A DNA stretch of 62,927 bases, filler included, from Asterionella formosa (taxonomy: Eukaryota): NCBI GenBank assembly GCA_002256025.1. It is 5 parts of 5 records of this genome, joined end to end, with 100 filler letters (N's around TTAATTAATTAA, not from the genome) between each part and the next. Parts side by side here need not be neighbours in the genome. Positions count along the whole stretch, not along the records: positions 50,436 to 62,927 come from NKIB01007481.1; 4 more parts are not named here. One strand, 5' to 3'. Below, in pieces: positions 61,807-62,927 of the stretch. The notes under the pieces are model-generated. The model saw only the letters and a program-made list of their open reading frames with translations. It was not told the DNA's origin and did not search any database. Numbering within the stretch: position 1 is the stretch's first letter; each line of letters opens with the position of its first letter. The position numbers and the translations under genes are program-made.

Positions 61807-62927
61807 GGTGACACACAGTAACGTTTCGATTGAATTGACTGAGGATGAGTTTGCGAACGTTCGCACTTGGTATATGAGCGAGGCGCATGATGGGAAATTT
61901 CGGAGGACGTGACGCTAATCGTACAGAGCTACTACATATTACCAAATAGTACCGGTATTTGCTTCACTTTGTTTTGCGAACCGCATACTACATATTTGCA
62001 TATTTACCATGTTTTTTGCACTTTCAAACATGCTAGATTTAGTGAAGGGGGACGACTCTGATATATTCATGTATGCTTATCGGGGAGTACAAAGTCTAGA
62101 CGTCTACCGGTAGACTCGTCCTGTTCCTTTATATCGGTTTATATGTGGTATTACGACCGTCTGTATTCCGATTCACTGTTACCTGGTACCAGGTATCTGC
62201 ATACATGTTATGTAACTGGTAGAGTGATGCTGATGATTCGTGCAATTTCGGGCTGTATTTTTGTTGAACATACCGGTAGTGACATACTATCACTGGCCCT
62301 AGCCCATCATGAATTGCTGTGCGTCACGGCAGCTTAGATGTCGCTATATGTTTCCAGATGTACCGGTATGTTTGTTTTATACTTACATATGAATGTATTA
62401 TACATAATCTGTAGTAGTAAAACTACCAGTACCAGGTACCGCGGAGCGTATAAGAATATGATATGTACACTATATTGGAAGGAGTAACAGTCACATGAAA
62501 CTCCACCAGTGTAATGTTGATTAAAATGAAAGCCCATTTGCATCTCTTCAGGAACTCCTTGTTGATTGTCTTTGCAGCATGTTTCTTTTCAATCATCAAT
62601 TACTATTATATTGGCATGCAGATGACGAACATGCATGCCATTGCTTGAATCTTGATTCCAACCATTACCTTCCATTCCATGGTGGAACATGGACTGTGCC
62701 AACCTTCACACCATGCTACCTTATTCTAGGGCAATCTCAGACCATGGATTGAACTTAACAGGATGCCATTGGCTGATCATTGATGTGTGAAAGCGAACTT
62801 TGGGGATAACACTGAGAGTGCTGTACAGTTTTGGTTAATTGTAGCTACTTACATACTAGTCTGATGTATAAGGAATGTTATGCACCATTGGTCAAGAGCT
62901 GAATACAGAAGCAGTGAACAACAACAA

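Overview
The window is diatom nuclear DNA, judged from an LHCF gene, ASAFAP-type plastid targeting and CoDi-type copia elements. It is not contiguous. Five unlinked ~12.5 kb contigs (1-12518, 12619-25128, 25229-37732, 37833-50335, 50436-62927) are joined in decreasing size order by artificial 100-bp N/TTAATTAATTAA linkers. Host genes: plastid RecA, TRAPPC2L, a meiotic-clade AAA ATPase, mitochondrial HSP60, SmD3, partial RNase H2A, a Cys-rich repeat surface protein, LHCF, and SQOR flanked by an inverted pair of sideroflexins. Most of the remainder is nested, decayed transposons. The main finding is a large (~9-12 kb), four-gene DNA transposon family present in three contigs. It encodes a Plavaka-type transposase, a Ulp1/SENP-like cysteine protease and two spliced genes of unknown function. 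One copy keeps both ends (39704-48599, 23-bp TIRs, apparent 2-bp TSD) and splits a copia gag. A second finding is strong enrichment of TA-CCGG-TA and related short palindromes; paralog comparison indicates they are Tc1/mariner(pogo)-type excision footprints. All family assignments come from motif recognition by eye, not database searches.
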